Shown here: positions 37,681 through 57,700 of the stretch, in pieces
How the letters are laid out: each line of letters opens with the position of its first letter
Position numbering within the stretch: position 1 is the first letter of the stretch
Source of the DNA: Saccostrea cucullata
Taxonomy: Eukaryota
NCBI RefSeq assembly: GCF_032062105.1
Contig: NW_026929887.1
Coordinates: 248,001-312,000 of the forward strand
DNA: 64,000 nucleotides
Direction of reading: 5' to 3'
The notes under the pieces: model-generated
Databases searched by the model: none
What the model was told of the DNA's origin: nothing
The model's input: the letters and a program-made list of their open reading frames with translations, nothing else
Program-made: the position numbers and the translations under genes

Positions 37681-38377
37681 ACATGATACGGTTTCGCCGT
37701 TTCAATCGACGAAAATCTACAGCATCAATAAATTTACGTCATCATTTGTGATGTTATCCTTAACATTAAACATGTTTTAACTGTATCATGGTAAATTTGA
37801 ACGTTTTTCTGTAGTGATCTCTAAGTAAATCGGTTTCGAATTAGGTTATCATCATAGTTTGCTCATAGACCCTTTCAAAATTATTTACATCATTAGTGTG
37901 ATATTTATTTTTAAAACAGGGACAGACAATGAATCGTAGCCTTTGTCTGTCTAGTTCTATATGAAGAATATATTCAAAATTTTTCCATAATTGTTGATAA
38001 AGGCTGGGTCCACTTATAACACAGATAATAACAGAGACCTGAATTGCTGTAGGTCTACATTTATGATAATAAGCATTAGGGTCTAGCAACCTATCGGTAG
38101 CATATTCAAACTATACTTTAGGTGTGAAAAACAATCCCATTTATGAATGAAGTCATTCCATTTTCCTCTGCACAGTCCACTTGATAAATTTATAAGTACC
38201 AGTTAACTGTTTGCAAGATCTTAGATTTATAGATTAAGGACAAGTTCTTGGATCTTATGTTTTTCAAAGCTAAATAACTTATGCTAGCATCACTGAACAC
38301 CATTTTATACTCTATAAGTGACACTGTAGACTAGAAATAATTTTGTTTAGTACATAGGCTTCTGGATTTAGTTGACA

Positions 38378-39897
38378 CAGCGATTTTTTTTCCACCCATT
38401 GGGAAAGGGTCCAATACCGGTTCAATTGGGAAAAATAACATCAAAGAAGAACAATGAGAATTTTCTTTCATTTAATCAAATAAAACATATTTTCCACTTA
38501 TTCAAACTAAATTACCTATTACTACGTGTTTTAAAGAATAAGCAACAAGTACTAATTGCTTTTTTATCAATGTCCCATGTTTTCCACATTTTCATGCTTT
38601 CAATTTGTCAAAATGTACATACATGTGACAGAACTGAACAATCACAACTGGAGATTTGAAATTTTTCAGCTGGAGTTTGGGTCTCAAAGCTGGAGATTTT
38701 TTATCGACATTTTTTCAAATCGCGAAAGACCATCCAACTCCTTAAATAAAGGTTAGCTTAAAAATAAATATGTTTTAATTTTTAGTTAAGTGATCAGAAG
38801 CGAAATTAAATCAAAAATTAAATTAATTCATTGAAATTAGTTAAGAGGTAACATCATCATTAAAACATTGAATGAAATTTATTTTTTGTTTGGTATTAAA
38901 ACATTGATCAACCAGTAAGTGAAGTAAAACATGCATAGATCTTATATTTTATGTCATTAATTTGTTTTTAAATAGAATATGAAAAGATAAAATTAACTTC
39001 TCTAAAAAATTAAAAAAACATTTTTTAAAGTAGAGTGAAGTATATTTTTTGCAGTAAGTGAAGTAAAACAGGTTTTATGTAACATATTTTATGTCAGTAA
39101 TTTTTTTCAAATAGAATATTAAAGAGATTTAAAGAAATTAATTTCTCTAAAAATACAACAAAGTGAAAATAGAGTCAGGTATATTTTTTAGCAACACCCT
39201 GTAGTTTGATCTATTTTTAACTGAAGTCAAAAGTGTGACCCATATCATAACTGTATCTTGTAATGACCACCGCACCATTAGAAGATGGCAATTGAGTATT
39301 TTAGCAACTAATTACGATGTTCTGCATTCAGCAGTTCAGCAATAAAACATCGATGGTCATTTATCAAGTTGATTAGCACTAATTTTTACAACCGAATTAT
39401 ACGACCTCATGTCGATTTCTACGAAGCCTACTGCTGTGAAAATTTATTGCTCTGCCGTTGTTATCTCAATGTATTGTCATTCTAAGCATATTATAAGAAA
39501 CATGATAAACAGTTATGCAAAATATATTTAATTTGAAGAGTTATTTTAAACACGGAAGATTTAAAAACAAATCGGGAGGGGCGGAAGGGGGGTTAAAAAT
39601 CGGGAGATTTTGCCTCCCGCCGGAAGAATCACATGTATGAAATGTATGACACTACACTGTTTACACCACAGGTCCCGCCAAATTACGACATTCTCTACTT
39701 TTGATTTAAGCAGAAGTGAAACAATTAATCAACTTGTACATTGTTTCATTTAAAAAGAAATATGATGTCATCATAGTCTGTTGCTTTACAGTTTAATTGG
39801 AAATTTTTGGTCACAAAATTGGGAAAATTTAACGTTTTTGGCATTGGGAATGGTGCCGTTTATCGGTACCAGTTATATAAAGAAAAAAAAAACGCTG
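38378..39897. mobile_element. CAG-terminal MITE (probable 5-bp TSD GTTGA) in RPL9 intron 1, containing a nested element
   Basis: CAGCGATTTTTTT...AAAAAAAACGCTG; GTTGA at 38371-38375 (2 nt off) and 39898-39902; subterminal ttgggaa repeats. Confidence 0.65.
38618..39639. mobile_element. Nested MITE with CATACATGTGA TIR and 7-bp TSD AAATGTA
   Basis: Perfect 11-bp TIR; AAATGTA at 38611-38617 and 39640-39646; internal ggagattt repeats. Confidence 0.75.
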
Positions 39898-40065
39898 GTT
39901 GATGTTCCATAATATTAAGTTTAAAATGAAATTAGAGGGGAAAAATATAACAAACTGACATTTACATATTTTGCCCAAGGTAGAAATTACAGAATGATCA
40001 GATTTATATCCAATTGTTTTTGATATTCGAAAGATTAATTTCATGTGCATTTACTTTTTGTAGAC

Positions 40066-45330
<5,265 letters not shown>

Positions 45331-45874
45331 TTAAATGAACTGCACAAAAATAAAGTTAAAAAAAACAAACATGTTATTTAGTTGTGTTTTATGGTTAATG
45401 GACTTGTTTCAAACCATACTGGGTGTATGGTAGGTGTTTGACTTGGACACTTGCAACAAATCTAAACGAATGCATTGCTTGATATACTTGAATATCCCAA
45501 AAAATGCGTTTTATTTGTAATAGCTTCTTTAGTGAGCATTTAAAAAATCACTAAAATTATGAAGTTTTTATCTTCAGAAAAAAAAAAAAAAACGGGAAGA
45601 GCTGTCAAAGTGGAAAAAGGGCAAGGAACGGCCAATAGTCGTCAAGCAGACTGTGCTTCTCTGTAATAATAAAATACCTTTTTTAAGAGAAATCGCTAAA
45701 TGCATCTCGCTATAATTTCCATTTATACAGTATATATTTTTTGATATATTACAATCTGCTAGGAAAGCAGGAGGTGCATGTATAATTCTATTGTGATTGG
45801 AATCTCTCTCTAGATCTGTAAAATTTTGAGGCACCCATACATGTACCTCTAAATAAAACTGATTATCCAAGAAC

Positions 45875-46300
45875 ATTTATTTCATCACCTGCTTATGGAG
45901 TTTATATTTATATCTCGATTGATTCAATACGCAAGAGCATGCTCTACTAAGAACAATTTCTAAAACGAGGTAAATTATTGACAAACAAGTTGATGAAACA
46001 AGAATATCAATGACCTTGTCAGCAAATGCAATTTATCATTGAGTCAAATGCTGACTGACGTTTTTCATACTAATTGTTAGTCCATTATGTATACCCTGAA
46101 TTGACGACGTATTTTTCCGTTATTTCCTGATCATGGCAAGGAGCACACGGCGGGTGTGACTGGTTGGCAGGCGATGCTCACTCCTACATGGCACATGATC
46201 CCACCTCTGATGTTTTGGAGGTCCGTGTTTGCTCTGCTCCTATTTTGTATTGTTTTATGGAATTATATTGAATACTGTTCGTTATCTCCATATCCTTCAT
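45875..46300 (+). mobile_element. Penelope-like retroelement 3' fragment
   Basis: Degenerate YGVYIS..IxYARACS coding remnant followed by a cacggcgggtgtgac..gatcccacctct..gtccgtgtttgc tail. A reverse-orientation relative lies at ~52850-53420 and a short piece at ~44862-44950. Confidence 0.6.
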
Positions 46301-46436
46301 TCTTTAGTGCCATCTTGCGGTTTCCTTTTCCAAAATAAACCTGGAGACCGGGGAAAACCATATCTTATCCTCATAGCATATATCACTGAATTAAATCTAA
46401 TGAGACATTGTAATTGGCACCATTGTGCATCTCTGT

Positions 46437-47032
46437 TTATACCCCCGCTTGAAAAGCGGGATGGTATAAAGTAATCGGTATGTCCGTCCGTCTGTACATC
46501 CGTCCGTTTGTTACGCTGTGGGGTACCCATCTCTTATCCGCAACTCCTCTCATACCACTGAATGAAATTTGATGAAACTTTCACAGAATCTTTATGACAT
46601 TGGCAATATTGCCATTGTGCACCTCCTATTTTACTTTTTGATCTGACACATATTTTGGGTTTCCCACAACAAAGCATGGACACTCCCAATTTATTATATT
46701 CATATGAGAGGCGGGGGGGGGGGTGTCATTTATTGAGCTCACCGCTCACAGTACCTCTAGTTATACCCCCGCTTCAAAAAAGCGGGAGGGTATATAATAA
46801 TCGGTATGTCTGTCCGTCCGTCTGTCTGATACGCTACTCCTCTCAAACCACTGAATGAAATTTGATGAAACTTTCACAGAATCTTTATTACATATTGCCA
46901 TTATGCACCTCATATTTTACTTTTTGATCCGACACATATTTTGGGTTTCCCACAGCAAAACATGGACACCCATTTTATACATATGAGGCTGGGTGTCATT
47001 TAGTGAGCTCATTGCTCACAGTACCTCTAGTT
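46437..47032 (+). repeat. Two tandem short HINE-type units
   Basis: ttatacccccgct..gtccgtc microsatellite..gctcacagtacctctagt repeated at ~46437-46760 and ~46762-47032. Confidence 0.65.
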
Positions 47033-47551
47033 TATATTGGATTGTGAAACTTATCTATGCAAGGTATGAGAATTTGAGGCAGGTTAATGGATCAGAATTC
47101 GCAGAATTATTAAATGTACATACTATTACTAAAGCATTTAAAAATGACCTTAGACTACTCCTCTCCCCCCTAGAAAACGTGTACCCCTGTCAAAATGTCA
47201 AAGTGATAAGAATAGAATACACGAAGATCAATAGATTTATCTTATTGAAAAGGATCCCCCTCTATCTCCCTCTGCCTGCCAAAACATTTCTGGGGTTTTT
47301 TTTTAATCTTGGTTGCATCCCTTTAACAGCTTTATTTCAATAATTCATTTTGAAAATATTGGGCCGAAAATTTATAAGTAGAGTATGATTCCCCCCCCCC
47401 CCCCAAAAAAAATCTGTCAAGTTTATTTGCAGATAAATCGTCATACCATATACAAAGTAAGCGTTTCGTTCATTGTACTTTCGTTTTGTGGGGATTTACA
47501 AGGAAGATCTATTTACATCTAAATGCATATATAAATGAAAGGAAGTAACAA

Positions 47552-50500
47552 ATGGATGATATGATAAGTGAAGTTACAAATATGTCTGGTCATGAGGAGA
47601 AAATAAAACCTACAGAACCTAAGCAAGAAGGTGCCATCTCAAACACCACTGAAGATAAATCAAACATTTCAGTAAAGGTAGGGGTGAAATACTAGTACAT
47701 AGCGTTTTTATCACATTGATGAATGATGTTAGATCATAACTTGCATTAAGAACACCTAGAAAAATCGCCACCAGTCTGCAGTGACTGTTCTCTGTTGCAT
47801 GTACCTCTATATAATAAGAGAGTGTTCGATATGTATTCAAGAAAATAAAACAATTGCACCACCATAAAACGGGCATCAAGTGAATCGATAATGCTTTATT
47901 TTGCAAATATATATAATTAGACTAATTAAATAAATAAAGTAGCTTTGAATGAATGATATGCATTCTTTTTCATAGGGACACGATGTAATTCTCAGTATAT
48001 CAGGAAAAAGAACTCGGAGGTAAGATTATATTTTCAAAACTTAAATGTAGTAAAATTATTTTGACACCTTGAAACTATACAGTAAACAACTTTTAATAAG
48101 TTCTAAAACAAGGAAATTGTATTTAGTGTTGGATATGATCATATAATTATATTTAAAAAGTTTGTTAATTTTCCAGTGAGACGAAGGAAACTGAGAAAAT
48201 TACACATGTACCTGTCACGTGGTTACAGGAAATCAGATCAAACATGCAGAAAGCTTTACAGACATTTCAAGGCAAGGCCCCAGAACCACAGTCTATTCTG
48301 TATGATATTAATGTGTTGTCTGACTTGTTTGTAAAGAAAATAGGACAACTTGAGGAAGAAAACACAAGGTAACATTGAGAGCTTTTTTGAGGGCCTCCAA
48401 AAAAAGACTGCATGCTTGCATATCATACAAGAAAGGAAAATGAATAAACATTTTTAAGAATTGATTGCATCTTGCTCATTTTGCTGTTTTGATATAATAA
48501 ATATACAGATTATAATTTATACACCTATGAAAAAATTAGGAAACAAACGATATGAACCATTCTTGTTTCTTATTTATCCTTTTGCATAGTATACATGTAC
48601 AGCTGTAGCTTCTTTTCTTTTTTAAAAAGTATTTTCTTTACAATTCGTTAAGCCTTTATTGGAACTTGAAATAATAAATTGAAAACTTAAAAAACGTTTT
48701 CTCATTTTATTTCTATTACAAACGTAATATAACTTCTATTTTTACTTCCATTTAGCTATGCAATTAAATTAGCAGCTTTAAATTCAGAAAATGAAAACGT
48801 TAAAAAGGAATGTAAAACGTAAGTATTCTTTATCATTGATTCATGAAAACATGTTTTTCCCTAAACTTTTGTCAATCCTAAAAGACAGAGAATGCAGGCA
48901 TATTATTCTCAACTGATTTACAAAATAGACTACTTAAAAAAAACAAACAGTTTTTTGAATAAGAGAACTTCTCTAAATTGACAATGTTTTCTTTCAAAAT
49001 GAAGGTTAAAGCAAGATATCTTGAAGAAAAACGTTGAAATACAAGAAGCCAAATCGGAGCATTCTATAAATGTTGGGAAATATGGTACACTAAAGGGCGA
49101 GGCTAAAAAAGAAGTACAACGATTGAGAAAAGAAATGGAAGAACTCAGACATAAACTAGGTCACGTGAATGAAGAAAAAAACTACTGGGTCAGAAGGTAT
49201 TTATAGTTTGATCACAATATGGTTATTCATGATAACAAGCATTTCTGATATATACAGTTTTAGAAAACATAGATGTTTTTAAAATATGTTACATGCAAAG
49301 ATAATTACTGCACCTTTCACTTTTAGTACATTAGTACATAAAACAAAACAAAAAAATCTTGTAAATGTACATTATGTAGTTGCTAAGAGTCTGGTGCATA
49401 CATACATGCATGTGCCACAGAAATCAGATGTGCTATGTGAAATTCCCCATTTGATATTCACCAACTGACCACCACAATAGCTGAAGCCTTTAAAGGGCGT
49501 AGTTGGATTGTATGATAGTTCATCCAAGCTGCATCTGCCGCTATCTTTAAAAGAGGTTAACTGGGATTCAACAGATGTCAAACTCGTCATTGATAGCAGG
49601 CATAGGAAGGAAATGGTCACTATCAGCATTAGTGGATTAAAAGAGAACATTTATTTAGACACATTATTGAGAACATATTAATGGAAAGTAAGGTTCGGGC
49701 ATAACACACTTCTAGCAGTGGGCAAATATAACAAATGAAATGGGAAATATCAATGAAGACCCAATGAGATTTAAAATACTACGACTCCATCTCTGGAAAA
49801 TTATGAAAAGATTTTGGGGTAGACAGGAACGATAACGCAAATTCATGTGGAGCGTTACAAGGTGTTTAGTGACGAAGCAGATGTAATGGAAGTGAATAGG
49901 AAAAAGAGAAAGACCAAAGGGGCGAGGAAGAAAGTGATACAGTTCTTCAGGACTCAGAAGTCCACAGCTAAAAGTTAAACCTAAATCGATGCTGAACTTT
50001 TGGGAAGACTGAGAGCTGATCAAGAGTAAACAGGAGGCAAATTTTTCCAGTATTTGTGGAAACAACCATGGAACCAAACGTATTACTCTCTAGGCAGCCA
50101 AAGACATGTGCTTCTTGTAATGGGTATCAAGCTGACTGTACCTTTGCAGGAACAGCGCAAGACAGAGCACGAATGGAAAACTTCAAATACGCAGCCCTCA
50201 CAGCAGACTTTCTAGATGAAGGATTGAGTATTTGGTTGTTACATCAACTGTTGATGATGGAGGAAAAATCGGTGTGACAGATGATCCAACAAATAGATGT
50301 ATGTAAAACAAAAAAAGGAAATGAGAAAATGAATATTTTCCTTTTATATCTAAATGTTTATTTACGTTTGACTATGACACCGTCGGGATGAATTGTATTT
50401 GAAGTTTGTTCTTATTGGCCTCCACTACTGGGCCACCAACGTGAGAATGTCATGGTCCAAGGTTGAAATGCCTTTAAAAAGCTAGAGTCCATTAAATTAT

Positions 50501-52036
50501 GATAGGAACTCGCAGACGTGCATAAGGAGAATGTGCCAAAGTTAGAGGTATGGACTTTATAGCCAACGCTTATAAAAGACTGACATCATGAATTTAACGA
50601 AGAGAATGATAGACAGTATAAAGGTGTTGGTATTATGAAGCATAGCGTGTCTGACCCCTGTGACGTTGACCTCTGTTTACTAGTATATATCTAAATTTTT
50701 GAAACTTCTTTCTCCAGAATAAGCGAAATTGCGGGAGCTAAAATGACAGACGGTAACGCCCAAATTACAGATCTGAGTGACCCAAATCGACCAATCAAAT
50801 TGGCGGAACGATTCGGAGAATTGTATGATGCATGTTGGACTGATGTACTAGAGGAATTCATGATCCACCACAGCAAAGGTACAGCCGCAGAGGAAAAGAA
50901 AGCCATCGATGGTTTAAAGACTTTACTAGAGGTGCGTCCAAACTTTTCTTTATTTTTTCCTTATAGATGTTACATAAAAGTTATGAAATTTAGTAGCCAC
51001 AGAGCTGATTCCCGAAGTTTCACCTAAGGTGTAAATCCCAGTTTGAAATAGACCTTCAACATGTGATAGCATTAAAAGTAAACTTTATTATAAACACTGT
51101 TAAAATCATTTCAACTTTTAAAATATAGTTTACATTCATACTAATAAAATAAATATATCTCCCCTTTTTAGCTCACCTCAACGAAGTTAGGATTGTCACA
51201 GTGCCGGGTTAAGGTTAAGTTTTTTGGAGCAGTTTTCTTTTTAAGTACTTCTATGTCCTATATTGATTAGACATGCATGGAAGATGCTTCTAATGTGTTT
51301 CATTGTACCAGTCAAAGTTTCAGATGCTGCAATTTCAGCAAAGGAATGACCAGGTTAATGTTTTTGGAGCAGGTTAACACTTTTGGTGTAGGTCTCATTT
51401 AATTATCCTAAGAACAGTTTGTACTTGCAATTTGATTCTGATTCACTAATGAATTTTTATGTTTGTTTGCATAAATTAACAATACATGTATTATATTTCA
51501 TAATTAGCATATCACACCAGCACTAAGTCATGAAATCAACAGTCTTAGAAAATTGGCATCGCAGAAAAATATAGAGAGCATCAAAAAAGTAAGATGATTT
51601 CCTGGAAAATTATACAAAATACTAGTATATATTAATAACTTAAGCTTTAATTGCATCGCAATTTTATACTTAAAAAAGAACATGAGGAATTTAGTAATCA
51701 ACATTCTTCATTAACTAGATATGCAAAGAAGAAGTCTTGAGCAAAAGTACATCCTGTGTTAAACAGCTAAAATCCGCCGACTTTTTCATCGACGAATGCC
51801 TCGATGTGTGTTGGTTTATGGTGATACAGGATCCACCCCTTGTGTTTTATTATCCTGAGAAATTAGAGGGACAAGAGTTTGATACAAAACGGTTTCAGTT
51901 CTACACGAGGTCAGGGACAAAGTTTGAATATGTTGTGTGGCCCGCTCTACTGTTAAATAAAGGCGGTAACCTACTTAGGAAAGGAATCGCTGAACCTGTG
52001 GAAGAGAAGAAAAGAGGGAAACCAAAAGATGCTTGA
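47552..52036 (+). CDS. Coiled-coil protein with Mieap/SPATA18-like C-terminal domain
   Basis: Phase-consistent GT-AG exons 47552-47677, 47976-48019, 48177-48368, 48756-48818, 49005-49196, 50718-50931, 51508-51588, 51719-52036. Motifs ITDLSDPNRPIKLAERFGELYDACWT and CWFMVIQDPP..YTRSG..YVVWPALLL..LLRKG. The start codon is the least certain part. Confidence 0.75.
49300..50686. mobile_element. Degenerate coding-like insertion in the intron of the + Mieap-like gene, probably a transposon remnant
   Basis: GC content is higher than neighbouring introns, reading frames are broken, and no motif was recognisable. Confidence 0.3.
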
Positions 52037-52849
52037 ATATAGAAACTCACTTCCTTCACCCCAAAAGTATACTTTTTTATTTCTGCAGTAAAAGCACTAA
52101 AACTCCATACCTTTAGTTTTTCAATAAAATGTAATATTTTCCAATGACGAGAAGTGAGTACACATGAATGTAAAGTACATAATGTACAATGTATATGATG
52201 ATTTTGAGGTCAATGTAATTCAAAACAAATTTCGTATTTTCTCTTATATCTGAAATATAACTTTGTAACCACAGTTTGTTAGTTCATTGAGATGTAAATT
52301 CGTGAATGGGACGTACCCACAAAGTGAAATGGAAGCATCCTCAGGGAAGCATCCTCAGGTAGTGAAGATTCAAGTTCGTTCAAATTATGACACTTACAGA
52401 TTAGGGTGGGGCTTTACAAAGAAAATGTAGAAAAAAAATCTTAAAGATTATGCTTTCCACAACTTGTGGTTTGTGATATTTTTATGGAAGCATCTTCAGC
52501 CTTTGTAGATTCATTTTTTTTTTCAAATTATGCCACTTGTGGGATCCGTTGGACGACAACATGCGGTCAATATTTTACATAGGATTAAACTGGAAAATAA
52601 TCTATGGATGAAAAACAAAAAGGGTGTAGCTACACAATTTCTGTTTTCTTGGAAATTTGCAAATAGTACAGTATAAAGAAATTTTGTAAAAATTTGTAAT
52701 AAAGAAAATATTAGTGATAAACATTTCACTAAAAATAGTAAAAATCAAAGTAAAGATTTATAATGTTATGCTTTGTGTGTATAATAATTCCTAACGAAAT
52801 ATATGGAGATAGCAAACAGTACTCAAGCTCAAAAGTTCACTAAACAGTA

Positions 52850-53420
52850 CAAATCAGGAACAGAGCAAACACGGACCTTTAAACCATTAGAGGTGGGATC
52901 AGGTGCAATGGAGGACTAAGCATCCCAGCCGACCAGTCACACTCGCCGGGTGCTCCTTGCCATGATCGAAAAATAACGGAAAAATCTAGTCTGAAATATT
53001 TCAGTAAGCATTTGATTGACATGCAATGATACTATAGTAGATTGTATCGACCACAGAACATATACAAAATTATGAATTCAAACAAGACCCTAGAAATTTT
53101 TGTTTCATCATTTTGTTTATCAATAAGCAACCTCATTTGAGATTTTGTTCATACGAAGAATAACAGATGCATATTGATTCAATTTTAACTACATGTAAGA
53201 GTCATCACCCCCACATGCAGGCGATAAGAGTATTCTGCTGCATATGTAAGGGAATTCGACGATTAAAACGCCATATGTTTATCATACAGCTTGGTTTTTA
53301 GATTACCATTACCATTAGATTAACGTCTTTTCTATTAAATTATCAAAATATGAAACAGATGTGTTATTATACTCTGTGGTATCTTATATTTCAAACTCAC
53401 TTGGATATAACGTGTCAACA
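52850..53420 (-). mobile_element. Penelope-like fragment, reverse orientation
   Basis: gcaaacacggacc..agaggtgggatcaggtgc..ccagtcacac is the reverse complement of the 46140-46240 tail. Confidence 0.55.
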
Positions 53421-54790
53421 CAGTTAAATCACAGTATCGACACAGTTAAATCGCAAATTTTCGTGGAGGATTAATTTTTGTGGTGTTAGAGGTATGAAGA
53501 GTCCTACGAATTTACGTCCACCATGAAATGCAATTTTTCACAGATATAACTACTCAACAATTTTCAATCCACGAAATTTAATCCCTATGAATCCATATTA
53601 TTTTCCTCAAACCACAAATATTTTACCCACGAAAATATGTGAGTTTATTGTAATTTTGCAAATGATCAGTGACAAGTTAATAAAAGTAAATTTCATTTTT
53701 CATTGAAAAACATCTGTCAATTTTCTATATAAAAAAAAAGCTTGAACTTTGATAGTGAATTTAAAAAAAATTCACTCTCAAAGATTACTTCGACATTTTT
53801 TCGCAGGAAATGTCATGAGTTTGTACAAAACAGCAAAACAAAAATGAATAAAATATTTTAATAATAATGATAATAAAAGACATTACAAAATCACACAAAC
53901 GAAGACATAACTTTCCCATTTCAGCAACATTCAATATACAGAGATACCTACCGAGAGTTTTCAATTTTCCTTACTTAATAAGCTGATATTTAGTTGTTTT
54001 TGGAGGAAATATAATAGACATAATTCTTGACAAACCTTAGCTATATGTCCTCAGGCTAAGAATCACACGCCTAAGGAAACTGGTGCCCCAGGCAAGTACT
54101 GATATTGGTGAACGGGCATAATTTACACTTTTAAATTCAAATAACAGACAGTTAAATTAAAGACTGATAATATATATGTAAATATGAAAGACTATAAAGA
54201 CAGACAATGAAAATTAATAATTTTGGATTGCATTTACATTTTTATCTCATTAAAGCCAGAAACTTTAAGTTGTTCTATCCTAATTGAGCTTGATCGTTAA
54301 CTACGTGTACGAACATCGCTTTATAGAAAAGTATAAACTGGAATCTATATACACTGTATAATTCAAAACTTTGAAGAATTTTATCGTCACCTGCATGGAG
54401 ATCTGTTGACTTAGGCCAATTGAGCAGCCTGTAATGGTGTTTTACTTTAGAAAAAAGGAAAAGACTCCATTTAGCTAGCTTTATTATAAATCAAGAAAAA
54501 CCTTAAACCACATTATTTGTCATTTGGTACGACAAAGGACCTTTGTAACGTAAACTAAAGTGTGTCTGATTGAATGAGAGGGATAGAGAGAGAGAGAGGG
54601 AGAGAGAGGGGGAGCATGTTTGGTGTGTGTCAAGAAGCACACTTTTGCCTTCTTTACACACAGTATTGTCAAATTAAGTAAAACACATGATATCGCTAAT
54701 TTTATTTTCAACATTGAAACAAGTATGTAAAAAAAATTAATTGGCACTAATATATAGAGAGGATACTGCATACCGGTATATACGGATTTT

Positions 54791-57700
54791 TTAACTAGGG
54801 GCAGAAGACGGGCGGTCCACAGATTGTCTTAGCCTCCTATGCCTTGGTTTTGGTTTAGGTTGAGCAACACCTTTGCTAAGAAGAGGTCCATCCTCGTGTA
54901 AGTAAAGAGGAGGCCACACCAGAAATGAAATTGTATCTCCACTTATTGTGTATTCCTTTAGAATACTTTTGACGAGAGGCGCCCCCGTTTGGAAGTTTAC
55001 TTCCATATGAATAGGAGGATTTTGGATGACCATATACCAGCATAATTCCAAAGACTTTTTAATAAAATGGGAAAGGTTTTTCTCCAATTTCTTTTTTGGA
55101 TTTTCTTTTAAGAACCTCTGAAATTGAAAATGAGTAGTATACAGTATCAATCATAGCAATTTTATAACCATGTATTTTATAATTCTTGAAATACTAGTAA
55201 TACATACAGATACTAGAGGTTTCATGTTTTATTAATTAATTGAGCACTTCCTTAACATATCCTGACATATGCCAATATATTGTAACAAGTCACTATGTCA
55301 TAGTAAAGAATGTAAAATCGGAATCCAAACTGCCTGATGCTTGGAGCATACGTATCTTGAGACTTTTTTCTACGTGTTTCAAAGTGAGACAAAACAAATT
55401 CCTTTGACCTCACTTACTTGTTTTATTTGTCGAATGTGAACTTTGGCTAAAGTCTTCCTGGTTTCAGATAGTAGATGATGTTCATCGGCATCTAATCCCT
55501 TGACAAACAAACATATTCTAGTATACATTGTATATAAGTATAGATTGGATCTATTTGAAAAAAAAAATCAATATGGTCCTCCACATCATATTATAAAAGG
55601 AAGAGACATTACTTTTTAAACCCACGAATTTTCCACAAAAAGGAATAACATACTTTCCTCCAGTCCAAATCATCACACATAAGAAACGCTTGTAAACTCT
55701 GCTCGGAATTCCTCAAACAAAACTGGTAACATTTCTGTGGAAAATCAATATAACTGTTATACATTTAAAAAACAAATCACTAGGAGGGAATGAATTATGA
55801 GACTTATAAGGAAAAATTACCGTTATTGACTCTAAAAGTAAGCCAATAGCCGATGTTTCCTCCATTTTAGCTTCACCTAACTCTTCCAAGGCATTAGTCC
55901 ATTCTTTATCATAGAGCTCACTAAACTGTTCGGCAAGCTTCAAAGGTCTGTTTGGATCTGACAAGTCTGTTATATTTGGGTTGTTCTCTTTGAGTTTGGC
56001 ACCTGCTACCTGACTTAGTCTAAATGAAAGATAAAAACATCAATGAAATTTTTTTATAAGATGATCTGAAGCATATTTATATTTCCGTTCTGAGGTTTAG
56101 TTAATTAACCTGCTTAAAACTTATGCAAAGCTGTAATCCATTATTTCCGAGAATGATGATTTTATTATAAATCGAAAGTGAAAGTAAATGTGATTTAGGG
56201 ACCTTTTAGCTTTTGGAGCCGTTGTTATTTCATAAATAATTTGAATAGGTGATATCACCTATTCAAAACAACCTATTCACCCATTCAAAACGATAAGGTG
56301 ATATCACCTATTCAAAACATTAAAGTGATATCACCTATTCGAATAAGTTATATCATCTATTTAATTTGAATAGTAATATCACTTATTCGAATAGGTGATA
56401 TCACCTTTTCAAAAAATAGGGGATATTACCTAAAATATTCGAATAAGAGATATCACTTTTCCAAATAGGTGTTATCACCAATTCAAATCAAATAAATTAT
56501 ATCACTATTTGAATAGGTGATATCACCTGTTCGATAAGGTGACATTCCTTTTTGGCAGTAAATATCAAAAAGCGCCTCATAGATTAGATCAATTCAAAGA
56601 AAAGTGTTGTTTATATTACCTATTTAATAGCTGATCCCTGTTTTTCTCCAACTCTGCTTGCACGTGTTTTAAATTTGCAATTATTCTGAAAAGTTTTGAT
56701 AATTACTTACATAAACTACATGTATATAAAACATATAAAGTAATCTTGAAAACTGTGAAAAAATATAAATGTAAACAGTTTGACTAATACCAACCGCTGA
56801 GTCTGATCCTTTTCCAGAAGCATGGACTCCAAACGTTTTTGTTTTTTATGATACCACTTTTGAAGGCGCTTTCTTGTTTTTTCATCACATGACTCAAGTT
56901 CTGCGTTGACATCAGCTAAAACTGTCATCGTATTATTTTCAAATGCAGTCAGCAACCCCTCCATTGTGAGAAGTTTGAAGTTAAGGTCACTGTTAAAAAC
57001 AACACCATATCTATTCATATATACGAGTTTCATCTTCAGTTTTGTAATATGTTTTTGAAAATGCACCAATCAATGTTATTTTGACACAGAAAACAAGATA
57101 TAAGACTACAAATTAAACAAATTTTTGTCATTAAAAAATAAAACAAAAATATTGATTCTATAATATTCTTTCCCAAAATATAATTCTAGCTGAATAAATA
57201 TTTATATGTTTGAATAATAACAAGTATCTAGATGAGAAAATTTATCACAATATACCTCTTTTCGTTTAATTTGACCACTTCAAATCGTTTTATGTATGAT
57301 ATCATCTTTTCTACCCATAACTTTACATTTTTCCGCTCATCTTCTCGGTATTTCTTCTTCAAATGTTCTGTAGCAGATTGGTCTTTAGACAAAAGGATAG
57401 AGTCCAATGCCTTTTCCAGAATTTCAGATTTTTGAGAGTCTTCTTCATGTAGTAATTTTCTATAAACAAATCTTTTATTGTCATAATATTCCAGTATTGA
57501 TAAAGATTATAGTGTCCTTTTTAAAATGCATAATGTTTCTCGTTTGTATCAGACTAAATATAGATTATCTAAAACTTACCGAAATGACCTAATATCAAGT
57601 TTGAATGTCTTAAACCTGAGGAGAATTTGTTCATTTGCGACTTAAAGATATTTAGCAAAACTGCGGCTATGGTCATATTTGTCTAATAATGGCTTCAGAG

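Noticed and set aside
46140-46300. Hammerhead ribozyme in the Penelope tail
   Set aside because: No intact CTGANGA...GAAA core with flanking stems is visible.
49372-49650. ORF with YCGGQLVNIKW resembling a trypsin N-terminal motif
   Set aside because: No TAAHC or GDSGGP motif and no supporting exons.
56245-56545. CRISPR-like array
   Set aside because: Eukaryotic intron, no unique spacers and no cas genes.
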